A stretch of 64,000 nucleotides of DNA from a virus: positions 460 through 64,459 of the IMG/VR virus record IMGVR_UViG_3300029505_000004; one strand, written 5' to 3'. The notes below the pieces were generated by a model that saw only the letters and a list, made by a program, of their open reading frames with translations, had not been told where the DNA came from and made no database searches. Both the position numbers and the translations under genes were made by a program. Shown here in pieces: positions 17,953-27,701 of this stretch (its first letter is position 1; each line of letters begins with the position of its first letter).

Positions 17953-18376
17953 TTTTACCTACTCTATATGTAATTCGGAACACCAGCCATGTGATAATTG
18001 ACATTATCGCAATAGACAATGATATGCTAAAATACTTAGCTAGTCCTATAATTTTATGATAGTATAAAATATTTATTACGTGAGACAACATAGAAAATAT
18101 TATAGACATCTTATACCATTTACACATGTTTTTACTTCTTGATAGCACTAATTGCAACCAGAATATAGAATGACCTGATAAATTTGCGTTATAACTTGCA
18201 TATAGAGGGCTATAATTCTTTGTGTAGAAACATATAACGCTAATGCAATACATTATTGAAGATATAAATGGAACATACATAATCATAAACCTTTCATACA
18301 TTCCATATATCTTTTTAAAATAAAGAAGGTGTGAATATATCACACCTTTTAAACGACTTTTAAATTCTCTTTTCAT
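17915..18376 (-). CDS. multi-pass membrane protein, function unknown
   Basis: 153 aa with at least 4 hydrophobic segments. Its 3' end overlaps the LuxR-type gene convergently by 38 nt. Confidence 0.55.
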   Translation of the reverse strand: MKREFKSRLKGVIYSHLLYFKKIYGMYERFMIMYVPFISSIMYCISVICFYTKNYSPLYASYNANLSGHSIFWLQLVLSRSKNMCKWYKMSIIFSMLSHVINILYYHKIIGLAKYFSISLSIAIMSIITWLVFRITYRVGKIICSENTHLREE

Positions 18377-18543
18377 TTTGGAATTCCATTAGTACCTTCA
18401 CCTGGCAAAGGAACTTCGCCGTTTTCTTGTTCATCACCGGTAGGCTGCGGGGTTGCTGCAATAATTTCATCAATCAAAGCCTTTGCTTCTTCCGGCTTGT
18501 TTTCGTCAATCAGGACTTTTACCTGTTTCAATTTTTCTACCAT
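18373..18543 (-). CDS. small acidic protein (56 aa), below the ORF-track cutoff
   Basis: Hand translation: MVEKLKQVKVLIDENKPEEAKALIDEIIAATPQPTGDEQENGEVPLPGEGTNGIPK. ATGA overlap with the downstream membrane-protein gene. Confidence 0.4.
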   Translation of the reverse strand: MVEKLKQVKVLIDENKPEEAKALIDEIIAATPQPTGDEQENGEVPLPGEGTNGIPK

Positions 18544-18623
18544 ACAAAACTAGATTATAAGTTAAACATCACGACTACAAATATATTAATTTATTTCTAT
18601 GTACAGATGCAAAAAAGGGAATA

Positions 18624-18812
18624 TTACAGATTCCAATATGACCTGTTTATTTTCCCTTGATTTTCTGTTGTTTCTTTATCGCTTTCTAAAATTTTATTAT
18701 TTATTATTGGCTGTTCAACTTCTCCTTCTTCCGGTGGTGCCGGAGATCTGTTACTCTTTATGTCACCAATGACATTCGTATTGATAACAGATCCTATAAT
18801 GTTTGTTTTCAT
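18624..18812 (-). CDS. hypothetical small protein
   Basis: 62-aa ORF with ATGA overlap to the upstream gene. Confidence 0.4.
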   Translation of the reverse strand: MKTNIIGSVINTNVIGDIKSNRSPAPPEEGEVEQPIINNKILESDKETTENQGKINRSYWNL

Positions 18813-19081
18813 GCTGTCGTGTATTCTGCTGATGTTACTTTGGAATAACTGATAACCTTGATCTTTTTCGGGATAAGAACCTGTATATCCACATCAATCA
18901 CGGTTTTGTTGGCATATCGTTCTGCTTCAATAATATCAGCCCATTTCTCACCGCTGGTTTTCTGCATGATATTAAGCTGTGCCGCTTTTCCCCTTTCTAT
19001 GTGAAGGTTGAAGTCTGATGATACGGATATCTCATCGGATATCCATGCAAGTCCGTTCTGTGTAAAATTGAGTTGTGCCAT
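18809..19081 (-). CDS. hypothetical protein
   Basis: 90-aa ORF in the late operon. Confidence 0.55.
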   Translation of the reverse strand: MAQLNFTQNGLAWISDEISVSSDFNLHIERGKAAQLNIMQKTSGEKWADIIEAERYANKTVIDVDIQVLIPKKIKVISYSKVTSAEYTTA

Positions 19082-19111
19082 AATCGTTTTATTTTGTTTT
19101 CACAAATATAG

Positions 19112-19150
19112 TAAAAAAGCCTGCCGATTAATATAGCAGGCTTTGTTTTA
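19112..19150 (-). terminator. rho-independent terminator (attenuator) inside the late operon
   Basis: Stem AGCCTGC...GCAGGCT (19118-19142). On the - strand it is followed by TTTTTT. Confidence 0.6.
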
Positions 19151-19181
19151 GGAAATAAATACCATTTATCGCAAGCGTCTG

Positions 19182-19595
19182 TTAATCAAGCATGATTTTC
19201 AGGAGATCCAGTTTAGACATAGGCCACTTGTTTTCCTTTGCCAGTTGGATTGCTCCTTCATCGGAAATCTTTTCAAGAGTTACTTCTACTTCCTTTTCAA
19301 GTTCCGGTTCACAGGCTGCATCTACCTTCTTCTGGTATGGCGCAAAGAAATTATTAAGTTCTTCCTTTTCACTCTCCGGAAGTTCATTCCATTTGCGGGC
19401 CTTTTCCTGCATTTCGTCAAAGTTTTTAGGCTTGAACTTTTCCTGTGCATCCTTCAGAAGTGCATCATAGGCTTCCACATGCTTGCGCATTTCCTTCCGG
19501 TTCTTAATTATACTGACTGCATCTTTGTCGTTTACACTTGTGATCACTGCATCATCCAGCATTTTGTATGCTATAACTACGGTTTTAAGTTTCAT
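19182..19595 (-). CDS. hypothetical acidic helical protein
   Basis: 137-aa ORF. Confidence 0.6.
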   Translation of the reverse strand: MKLKTVVIAYKMLDDAVITSVNDKDAVSIIKNRKEMRKHVEAYDALLKDAQEKFKPKNFDEMQEKARKWNELPESEKEELNNFFAPYQKKVDAACEPELEKEVEVTLEKISDEGAIQLAKENKWPMSKLDLLKIMLD

Positions 19596-19608
19596 AGAGA
19601 TATAATTT

Positions 19609-20253
19609 TTAGTTTGCTACTTCTACATAAATTCCTACAAGTCCGGACAAGTCCTGATATACGGCCTGTTCGGTGTTTCTGGTACATTTGTACGTGATAC
19701 CATTCTGGGAGTAATACTTTCCTTCAAATAACTCCATGTTGTTATTGTACGGAATAGGATCTTCTTTTGTCCCGGCATTGGTTTCGTTGATTTCTTCGTA
19801 CAGTGCTGCCGTGTCAACACTAGGAGGTTGGTTTTCCAGTACATTTTCAATAGTCTGTTTCACTTTGTAAAGCCTGTCCTGATAAAGCACCTTGTAATCT
19901 TTTTCAAGTTTCTGACTGATGAAATTTTCCCAGGCTGGGTACAGGTTCTTAAACTGCAATGCCTGTTCGTCCGTAAGGTTCATGGTGTTTATCTGTGATG
20001 CAAACAGCCCTATCATCTGATTTACCTGTTCTTCAGGATAGACTACCTGACCTCTTGCAGCTTTCTTTGCCTTGAAGATACGTTCCGCATCTTCTTTGGT
20101 GATTTCAGTCCATTCATCGTTACTTTCATTCAAAGGGATATATACCTGTTTAGCCACTACCCGATCTTCATCTTTTGTTGCGGAAGATTGCGTAAGAAAC
20201 TTACCATACATCGGGGATATCCACTTACCTTCTTGTTCTGTTCTTATTTCCAT
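19609..20253 (-). CDS. hypothetical protein (tail-associated by position)
   Basis: 214-aa ORF between tail-fibre-proximal genes. Confidence 0.6.
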   Translation of the reverse strand: MEIRTEQEGKWISPMYGKFLTQSSATKDEDRVVAKQVYIPLNESNDEWTEITKEDAERIFKAKKAARGQVVYPEEQVNQMIGLFASQINTMNLTDEQALQFKNLYPAWENFISQKLEKDYKVLYQDRLYKVKQTIENVLENQPPSVDTAALYEEINETNAGTKEDPIPYNNNMELFEGKYYSQNGITYKCTRNTEQAVYQDLSGLVGIYVEVAN

Positions 20254-20255
20254 AA

Positions 20256-21419
20256 TTAAAAATCTGTTTTTCTTATTGTAACTTCAAGTCTTGATAATTC
20301 TATATAACTGGAATTCCACCATATAACGACAGCTTTAGTTACACTTTCGTCTATGTCGTTTGTGGTAAAATCGAAGCTGTCTACTATCGGATAATACCTG
20401 ATTTCACCGGCTGCTACCGTTAATTCTCCAGCAGGGCCAGTTTCGTACCACGGCTGCTCATACTTATAATTGACATTGCCCGACTTGTATCTGTACACTG
20501 CAATCTTACTACCAGCTCCCAGCGTACCTCCTGAAAATCCAACGGCTGTAATACCAAACGTAATGTTGTACAGGCGCAATCTCTTAATATCGGAATTGCT
20601 TTGCAGAACCTCACCACGCGGAGTAACAAAGTCGTATGGCTTGGTAGAAAATACTTTAACTTTATACAAGGTTGTTGTATCTTCCGTTGCCTTCATGTTT
20701 CTGTACCTTCCTTTTACATCTTTTGCCATAAGGTGCATACATACGGTATCTTTAGGGGACATTCCGATAAACTCCAGATCTTCCGCGCTTATCTCCAGCA
20801 TTGTCTGATGTTTGGGCTGAAACTCCACCAGTTTGTAATATCCAGTTTTGCCCTGCACCCAAATTCGGAACACCAAAGTAACACCGCCTGCCACATCGTA
20901 TATATCATTAAGAGTAAGTTCAGTTTCTCTCTTTTCCGGCATATATATCGGCACTCGCAAACTTTGTCCTATTACAACATATTCCGGCACTACCAATGTG
21001 ATCATATCACTTGTCGCTTTTGCGTCATACCCGGCAAAGTCCCCTAACCGGTAGGGTGCATTTTGACCACCCGGAACTGGTATATAAGACCATGGAACGT
21101 CATTTGGAGAATTGTTTTCCAAATTATCAATAATGGGTATGTTTATATTACATGTTCCATTCTTTCCGATCCACCATTTATCTTTGATAGTAACCAGTTG
21201 ACCGTCCCAGGAATCAACGACAAATGCTCCGGGGTTATCTCTCGTAAAGTTTACAGCGCCAATATCAGAAGGCTTATATTTTGCAAACATATTAATGTTT
21301 GCTCCGCTTTGAAATGCTGTAATAGCATTGTTGTTTACAACACCACCATTGGCATTAAGTGTATCTCTCACATCATCCCATTTCAGGTTTTCGGTTGGTA
21401 AAATATCGTAAACTGCCAT
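20256..21419 (-). CDS. hypothetical tail/receptor-binding-associated protein
   Basis: 387-aa ORF immediately downstream of the fibre cluster. No motif recognised. Confidence 0.6.
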   Translation of the reverse strand: MAVYDILPTENLKWDDVRDTLNANGGVVNNNAITAFQSGANINMFAKYKPSDIGAVNFTRDNPGAFVVDSWDGQLVTIKDKWWIGKNGTCNINIPIIDNLENNSPNDVPWSYIPVPGGQNAPYRLGDFAGYDAKATSDMITLVVPEYVVIGQSLRVPIYMPEKRETELTLNDIYDVAGGVTLVFRIWVQGKTGYYKLVEFQPKHQTMLEISAEDLEFIGMSPKDTVCMHLMAKDVKGRYRNMKATEDTTTLYKVKVFSTKPYDFVTPRGEVLQSNSDIKRLRLYNITFGITAVGFSGGTLGAGSKIAVYRYKSGNVNYKYEQPWYETGPAGELTVAAGEIRYYPIVDSFDFTTNDIDESVTKAVVIWWNSSYIELSRLEVTIRKTDF

Positions 21420-21421
21420 AG

Positions 21422-21631
21422 TTATTCCTCCTTAATTTTAGTGTAACAAGTTAAATTACCTTCGACCTTAAGGTCTCCTAGTACAACAACATCACCTTTA
21501 ATAGTGACATTGCCATAGATAACACCTTCATGCGGAAGGTACACTTCTTTCTCAACCACCTTTTCAATTACCTTTTCGGTTGGGATATCGAGCTTAAATA
21601 CCCGAATCATCCAAAGTACGAACTTCTTCAT
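21422..21631 (-). CDS. small hypothetical protein with beta-helix-like repeat
   Basis: EGVIYGNVTIKGDVVVLGDLKVEGNLTCY is bactofilin-like in pattern. Overlaps the fibre gene's 3' end by 38 nt. Confidence 0.4.
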   Translation of the reverse strand: MKKFVLWMIRVFKLDIPTEKVIEKVVEKEVYLPHEGVIYGNVTIKGDVVVLGDLKVEGNLTCYTKIKEE

Positions 21632-24600
21632 AGCCTAGCTTTTTAAGTTGTTTTTTTAATATGACTATTTCTCTTTCAAGTTTCTTGATTTTCTTATCGG
21701 TTCTTGTTTCATAAGTTAGCAAGTGTCTGGCCGTATGAACGGCAAACGTATATGCTACTGTTGCATAGTCCATAGATAGGAAATTATCATTATCATTAAC
21801 GGCCCACGGAAGTATCTTCTGTGCGTATTGTGCAGATCCTCCCAAGTTCAGTCTATTTTGATTCATGCCATGTTTATTCCATCTGTAAATAAACGAAGGT
21901 GCATTTGCAATTTCTAACAGAGATAGATTGACTTGCTGCATGATTGATTTGTATCGTATATCTGATCCATAGAATGAACTTCCTCCTTCTGTAAGAATAT
22001 TACCACTAAACCACAGTACATTATCTCTACCTCTAATTTCCAACTGCGCTTTTCTAGTTCTATTAGTTTCATATTGGCAAACCTCAAATGTCATAGATCC
22101 CCAACTACCATCATTAGATCTATATGTGCCTATTCCATATCCAGTAGTCCATCCTCCAGCCATTCTGTCTTGCCATCCTAAAACATATCTGTATTTATAG
22201 CTAGGAATTACAGGCACTGCTTTACACCATAAGTTAGATCTATCTATACTAAATTCTTCATTTGCCGTAGATGTATAATTACTTTCTATACTTCTACATA
22301 AAATATCTCCATTTACATCTAGCTTAGCGGCAGGGGAAGTTGTTCCTATACCTACATTACCACCTCCATTACAACATAATAGATTATTGCCTGTATTGTG
22401 CTGCAAATATAATGCGGCAGAATAATTATTTATTTCATCAATTCGTTGATCTCTATTTCCGCCATTGTTATCGCATTCCATTCTAATATGGTTTCCTGTA
22501 TAAGCATATCCCGAAATAACCCCATTTACATTTAAAGGATGATTTCCTGTTGCAGGATGGGCATAACCTATATTAACATTTTTAAACCAAGCCGTACCAG
22601 TAATACCTATCGCCCAGTTTTCAACTCCATTATGAGAAGCAATGTCTTGCGTATAAACCCAACTTGCATTATTGGAATTTCCTAGATATAAAGGACTATC
22701 ATCTGAGTTTCTTATTCTTGTACAAGTAGATATTTCTCCGCTTACATTTTCGGTTCCATTAAAGCTACGTCCCCACAATGTGCGTGCTGTCTGTAACTTA
22801 GTAGCTGATGCAACATTGTCTGTAAGAAATGCAACTGTTGACCACGATTGCCATGTTTCTGTAGATACGTCTGACCTGCTTCTATAATATATTCTGTTTG
22901 TATTCTTCCAAGCTAAAAGTAATTCACCGCATCCTCCACCTCTAACACTTAATAAGTTACCAAACGATACTGGATAACCATTATTATACACTTGGTACAA
23001 TCTAACTCCTGCAGCTGGCATTGTAGTTCCGGATATTGCAGTTTTATTACCTTGAGAAGTAAGACCTATAACATTTGCATTTAGAGTTACATTTGCAGAT
23101 CCGTCTAAACTTACAGATCCGGATAAATACGAACCTAACGTTATAGTTCTAGCTGTTGCCCATTTACTTGCCGTAGCTGCATTTCCTGTAATTCCTATAC
23201 CCCATGTACCACTAGCACCACTACCCGTTTTAGTCGGAGCGTCTGTAATTCCGTACCCGGCCAAAGTAGTTGGTTTGCCGGAAGTAATATTGCTCCAAGA
23301 ATGGTTATGACTGCTAGCAGCAGCACCAACGCTAGATGCTGTTATATTTATACTTTTAGCAGCAGTAGCATTGTAGGTAAATTGGTTAGTTCCCTCTGTT
23401 GTTCCTCCGTTCAGCTTTACCACTAGATTTTGCTTGCTAGTAACCTCTGAAATAGTCGGCCAACGAGTAACATATGCCGAAGGTGCGGATTTCAAAAGCG
23501 CATCCCATCCGCTGTTAAGATCCGAAATAGTAGCAATACTAACAGCTGTAAGCCATGCAGGTTTTTGCGCTGCTAGTACAGAATCCCAGCTAGAATGCAG
23601 GTCAGTAATATTTGCAATATTTGTAGCAAATACCGAAGGCTTTCCGGAAATATTGCCCCATGCAACGCTACCAGCTTCTCCACCTCCTACTGCGACAAGT
23701 TTTCCGTTTTCCTTCTTTATAGTAGTACCATCTACTACCACTCCATCCATGACTGTAGACGCGGAAACCGGATCTATTGCATAGGTAGTAATACCCCCTG
23801 TTACGGCTAGATTTCCCTCTAGGGTAATTACTCCGTCTGCGGTTTTATGAAGGCGAATACCGTTGATGTAGACGCTATCGGTAGCCCTAACATTGGCAGA
23901 AGATAATATGTCACCCATCACGTGCAGCTTGGTCGATGGGCTATCTACCCCAATACCAACATTCCCAGATTTTCCAGTTATGACAACTTTTGTAGTTAGT
24001 GTAGGTGTAGTTCCAGCACCTCCGACAGCACTTTGGATAAGTAATTTATTATTATCATCTGTATTAGCAAAATTGGGTATAATTTTAAATTGATCTCCAA
24101 AATTAGTTTCTTTCCAATAGATTCCGTTACTTCCTAATGATATCTGCCCACTAACGTTACTTGACCCATCAAAGTTGTTTCCCCACAAAGAACGAGCAGT
24201 CTGTAACTTAGTAGCTGATCCAGCATTACCTGTAACATTGATTCCCCATGTTCCACTGGCTCCGCTTCCGGTCTTTGTTGGGTACTTGTTATCAGATTCT
24301 GTCTTTGTATAAGCATCTGTGATACCATATCCGGACAGGGTTGAAGGCTTTCCGCTAGTTATATCAGACCATGCATGTTTATGTCCACTAAGGCTAAACG
24401 TACTTCCCTTGGTCAGAGTAAGAGTGTGACCGCTAATAGATGCGGCAGTTACGGCATTACCTGTTCCGGTAACACTGACAGCATTAATTCCATCTGTTAT
24501 ACCATAGCCAGCTAATGTTGTAGCTTTAACAGCATAGTTTTTTCCTGACACCCAACTTTCGGTTGCGTACCCTGTCAAAGCAGTAGTAAGGTGCGACTTA

Positions 24601-26561
24601 TTGATCTGTTCCGTGGTAGATCCGGCCAATGCAGTCCACATGGCAGACTTGTCAAAAGATGATCCGCTACCCTCTCTTGCTTTCAAAACTCTTGATCCGT
24701 CAACTTCTTGCCAGTATATTGTATCGTTGTCAATCGGGAGACCATCGTAAATTGTATCAAAACTTTGCCCATTGCTAGCGTACATAGTCAAAGCCCCGGT
24801 TAATGCCAGATTCCCTTCCAGCATTAACGCACCATCCTCCAGCTTCCTCAGCTTAATTCCGGCAATAGTAACCCAGTCCGATACTGCCAGCGAAGGTGCT
24901 GTAATAGCTCCGGATGCCTTGATAGCGGCTGTATTCAATACAGAGGAAAAAGTCTTTTCCCCTGTGATCGTTTGCTTGGTTGCCAACGTAACAAACGTGC
25001 TATCTACATATTTTTTGTCGGCCTTTGTTCCTAGGATCTCTGCTAGATTATCCGTTTCTGCCATTCCGGACAAAAACGCTTCCAGTTCCTTCCACTTGTT
25101 TATGATGTTATCCGTATCAGAACCTTCTAAGAAGTCATTCAGCTTATTAGACACAGCATTTAAAGCCTCAGTAGTTGCATAGTTCTTGCTAGCCACCCAA
25201 CTTTCGGTAGCGTATCCTTTTCCTGTTACCCAGCTTTCAGTAGCATATCCATCCAAAGCCGTGGTTAGATGCGACTTGTTGATCTGGTTGTCCGAAGATC
25301 CGGAAAGTGCAGACCACATGGCATTTTCATCGAAGGAACTTCCTGCACCAGCATTTTTTATGCGAAGTACATTGTCAGATCCTTTTGTGATAGTTTCTTC
25401 ATCAACAGTTACGCCGTCCATAATGGTAGATACGGATCTACCAGCCGAAGCATAGAAAGTCATTGCTCCGGTAACAGCTACATCTGCATCAATGTAGACA
25501 ACACCGTTTTCTTCGTAGATCTTTTTCTTTGATTCTCCGACTGAAAGACCGGCAGTGAAATGCTTTAATGCTGTTATCTCCTGCTCGGTATCAATAGTTA
25601 CAAATTTTGCCGCTACTTCTTCTTTGGTATAAAATGGTTTTTCTCCTTGAATTTCATACCAATTATAGGTCGGTTTGGTATCTTCGATCCATGTAGGTTT
25701 GCCAGATATATTCCCCCACTGTACAGATCCAGCTTCGCCACCTGATCCTTTTGCCTTTAAAACTCTGGATCCTTCAACTGTTTCCCAATAGATAGTATCG
25801 TTATCAATAGGTAAACCGTCATATATACTACTAACACTTTGACCATCTGTTGCATACATGGTCAAAGCACCGGTGATAGCTACATTTGAATCAATGTATA
25901 AAACACCGTCTTTTTCATAAATTTTCTTTTTGGCTGATCCGATTGATAGACCGGCAGTAAAGTGCTTTAATGCCGTTATCTCCTGTTCGGTGTTGATAGT
26001 TACAAACTCATTACTGAACTGAGAAAACGCGCTTCTTAAATGTGAATAATCAATCTGTTGATCTCCTGGGGTTCCTAAAACATTCCAAAGCTTTGTTTCA
26101 TCTAAACCGGTACTACCACCGCCGGATCCTTTTGCCTTTAATACTCTGGATCCTTCAACTTCTTCCCAGTATATCGTATCGTTATCTATCGGAAGGCCGT
26201 CATAGATAGTTCCTAGCTTCTGTTCACCCAGACCGTAAGTAGTGAGACCTCCTTCGGTAAGAACATTGTACTTTGTCGAAATATATTCATTACCCTGAGA
26301 ATCTTGTTTCAATTCCCAGAATCCGGAAGTGACAGAGTTTATTTCCTTCAGGATTGTGTCGTGAAGGTTTTCTATTTCTTTGAGAACACGTAATGAAGAG
26401 AATACATTTTTATCAGTAGGTTCAGTATTATCACCGACCTTTATAAGATAAAGTTCCAGTGAATCACTGAATATGTTTGACTTTATCTTTATTACTAACT
26501 TATTACCTTCGCGGACCTCAAATGCAAGTTCGCTGTTCTCTTCATCAATGTGATATGGCAT
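21594..26561 (-). CDS. modular tail fibre with C-terminal S74-type intramolecular chaperone
   Basis: Repeated IYDGLPIDNDTIYW.EV.GSRVLKA modules (x3). Repeated tail-fibre-repeat segments (GNA.SATKLQTAR..WG..FDGS.NVSG; SGKP.TL.GYGITDA). C-terminal FYG-SDIRYKS motif (Ser codon at 21963-21965), characteristic of autoproteolytic chaperone domains. Confidence 0.85.
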   Translation of the reverse strand: MPYHIDEENSELAFEVREGNKLVIKIKSNIFSDSLELYLIKVGDNTEPTDKNVFSSLRVLKEIENLHDTILKEINSVTSGFWELKQDSQGNEYISTKYNVLTEGGLTTYGLGEQKLGTIYDGLPIDNDTIYWEEVEGSRVLKAKGSGGGSTGLDETKLWNVLGTPGDQQIDYSHLRSAFSQFSNEFVTINTEQEITALKHFTAGLSIGSAKKKIYEKDGVLYIDSNVAITGALTMYATDGQSVSSIYDGLPIDNDTIYWETVEGSRVLKAKGSGGEAGSVQWGNISGKPTWIEDTKPTYNWYEIQGEKPFYTKEEVAAKFVTIDTEQEITALKHFTAGLSVGESKKKIYEENGVVYIDADVAVTGAMTFYASAGRSVSTIMDGVTVDEETITKGSDNVLRIKNAGAGSSFDENAMWSALSGSSDNQINKSHLTTALDGYATESWVTGKGYATESWVASKNYATTEALNAVSNKLNDFLEGSDTDNIINKWKELEAFLSGMAETDNLAEILGTKADKKYVDSTFVTLATKQTITGEKTFSSVLNTAAIKASGAITAPSLAVSDWVTIAGIKLRKLEDGALMLEGNLALTGALTMYASNGQSFDTIYDGLPIDNDTIYWQEVDGSRVLKAREGSGSSFDKSAMWTALAGSTTEQINKSHLTTALTGYATESWVSGKNYAVKATTLAGYGITDGINAVSVTGTGNAVTAASISGHTLTLTKGSTFSLSGHKHAWSDITSGKPSTLSGYGITDAYTKTESDNKYPTKTGSGASGTWGINVTGNAGSATKLQTARSLWGNNFDGSSNVSGQISLGSNGIYWKETNFGDQFKIIPNFANTDDNNKLLIQSAVGGAGTTPTLTTKVVITGKSGNVGIGVDSPSTKLHVMGDILSSANVRATDSVYINGIRLHKTADGVITLEGNLAVTGGITTYAIDPVSASTVMDGVVVDGTTIKKENGKLVAVGGGEAGSVAWGNISGKPSVFATNIANITDLHSSWDSVLAAQKPAWLTAVSIATISDLNSGWDALLKSAPSAYVTRWPTISEVTSKQNLVVKLNGGTTEGTNQFTYNATAAKSINITASSVGAAASSHNHSWSNITSGKPTTLAGYGITDAPTKTGSGASGTWGIGITGNAATASKWATARTITLGSYLSGSVSLDGSANVTLNANVIGLTSQGNKTAISGTTMPAAGVRLYQVYNNGYPVSFGNLLSVRGGGCGELLLAWKNTNRIYYRSRSDVSTETWQSWSTVAFLTDNVASATKLQTARTLWGRSFNGTENVSGEISTCTRIRNSDDSPLYLGNSNNASWVYTQDIASHNGVENWAIGITGTAWFKNVNIGYAHPATGNHPLNVNGVISGYAYTGNHIRMECDNNGGNRDQRIDEINNYSAALYLQHNTGNNLLCCNGGGNVGIGTTSPAAKLDVNGDILCRSIESNYTSTANEEFSIDRSNLWCKAVPVIPSYKYRYVLGWQDRMAGGWTTGYGIGTYRSNDGSWGSMTFEVCQYETNRTRKAQLEIRGRDNVLWFSGNILTEGGSSFYGSDIRYKSIMQQVNLSLLEIANAPSFIYRWNKHGMNQNRLNLGGSAQYAQKILPWAVNDNDNFLSMDYATVAYTFAVHTARHLLTYETRTDKKIKKLEREIVILKKQLKKLGYEEVRTLDDSGI

Positions 26562-27186
26562 TGCTAATATAGTTTATAGCTATTGTCTGCATTTCCTTTG
26601 CCGTTGACGGATTTTCAAAAATTGAATATACCAGACTGGCCGTCATGTAACACAAAGCATAAAATGCAGGATCGTTTGATTTTAGATTTATCCCGGAAGA
26701 AGGATCGTATGCCGCTTCATACACAAATACGGATATAGTATGGCTTTCGCTGTCTCCCAGACTATAATACTCCAAAGTTTTCTTCCCTTCGGGAGAATAT
26801 GACAATACACACACCGGTTTACTTTTGGTTCCTCTTGTGAATTCGTTTCCTTGCTCTTTAGCCTGTTCGCTGTCTAAAGAATAAGCAATAGAAACAGACC
26901 TTTTCCATCCGTTCATTTTGAAGGCTACAAGCTTCACAAAGTCGTCTGGAAGGACAACATATCCTGTACCGTCTCCGTTAGTAGTAGGGCTTACTGATCC
27001 TTTCTTTGGGTTTATGACAAGGTTCGGAGAATTAAGTATTACAAGGGATAGGGCGTCACCTATACACTCTTCAATGTAATGGTCTATTTTTATTGTATCT
27101 TCGTCAAGAAGGGAAGCATTGGTCTCTTCCCCGATCTCGTTCATTATAGCCTTAACCTTTGCTACTATTTCATCCTTTGTTATCAT
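26545..27186 (-). CDS. hypothetical virion protein
   Basis: 213-aa ORF between the capsid-side genes and the tail fibre. Confidence 0.6.
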   Translation of the reverse strand: MITKDEIVAKVKAIMNEIGEETNASLLDEDTIKIDHYIEECIGDALSLVILNSPNLVINPKKGSVSPTTNGDGTGYVVLPDDFVKLVAFKMNGWKRSVSIAYSLDSEQAKEQGNEFTRGTKSKPVCVLSYSPEGKKTLEYYSLGDSESHTISVFVYEAAYDPSSGINLKSNDPAFYALCYMTASLVYSIFENPSTAKEMQTIAINYISNAISH

Positions 27187-27188
27187 AA

Positions 27189-27653
27189 TTATTTCCAGTT
27201 AGGGAATGATACTCCCAGTTCTTTTGCTTTTGATTTGATACTTTCTTTGTCCTGTAACTCAATAATCGGAACATTGAATTCACGGATAAGAACTTCTTTA
27301 GCTGTCTGTGCGTTTTTTACATCTTGATACACCGTTTCACTTCCGTCCTGCGGTGTCTCCGGTGCAGTGGTTTCAGATTTGGAAGGCTGAGAAGATGTTT
27401 CCGTTTCAACTTCTCCGATCTTATATTTTTTTACAAGTTTGATCCTTCCTTTTAAATACATTTCGTGGTTTTCAATGGCAGTCTGTACAACTGGATCTGA
27501 TGTTGTAAAGCTGGCTGGTACTACCCCCTGCGCATTGATTATGCCATCCTGAAAGTTGATTCTTAACTTGGCTTTGTTTACGGGTATAAGAACACTCATT
27601 TCAACTTTACCGTAAATGCCATATTTCTTTTTATATAAATCTATTTTAGCCAT
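27189..27653 (-). CDS. hypothetical virion protein (possible head decoration, by position)
   Basis: 154-aa ORF directly downstream of the capsid candidate. Confidence 0.55.
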   Translation of the reverse strand: MAKIDLYKKKYGIYGKVEMSVLIPVNKAKLRINFQDGIINAQGVVPASFTTSDPVVQTAIENHEMYLKGRIKLVKKYKIGEVETETSSQPSKSETTAPETPQDGSETVYQDVKNAQTAKEVLIREFNVPIIELQDKESIKSKAKELGVSFPNWK

Positions 27654-27665
27654 AATACAAGGTAA

Positions 27666-27683
27666 GGGCGGTTTTACCCGCCC
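27666..27683. other. GC-rich stem-loop downstream of the capsid candidate
   Basis: GGGCGG-TTTTAC-CCGCCC. The T-run is on the + strand only, so its role for - strand transcription is unclear. Confidence 0.4.
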
Positions 27684-27701
27684 CGCTTTTTAAGTTATAC
27701 A

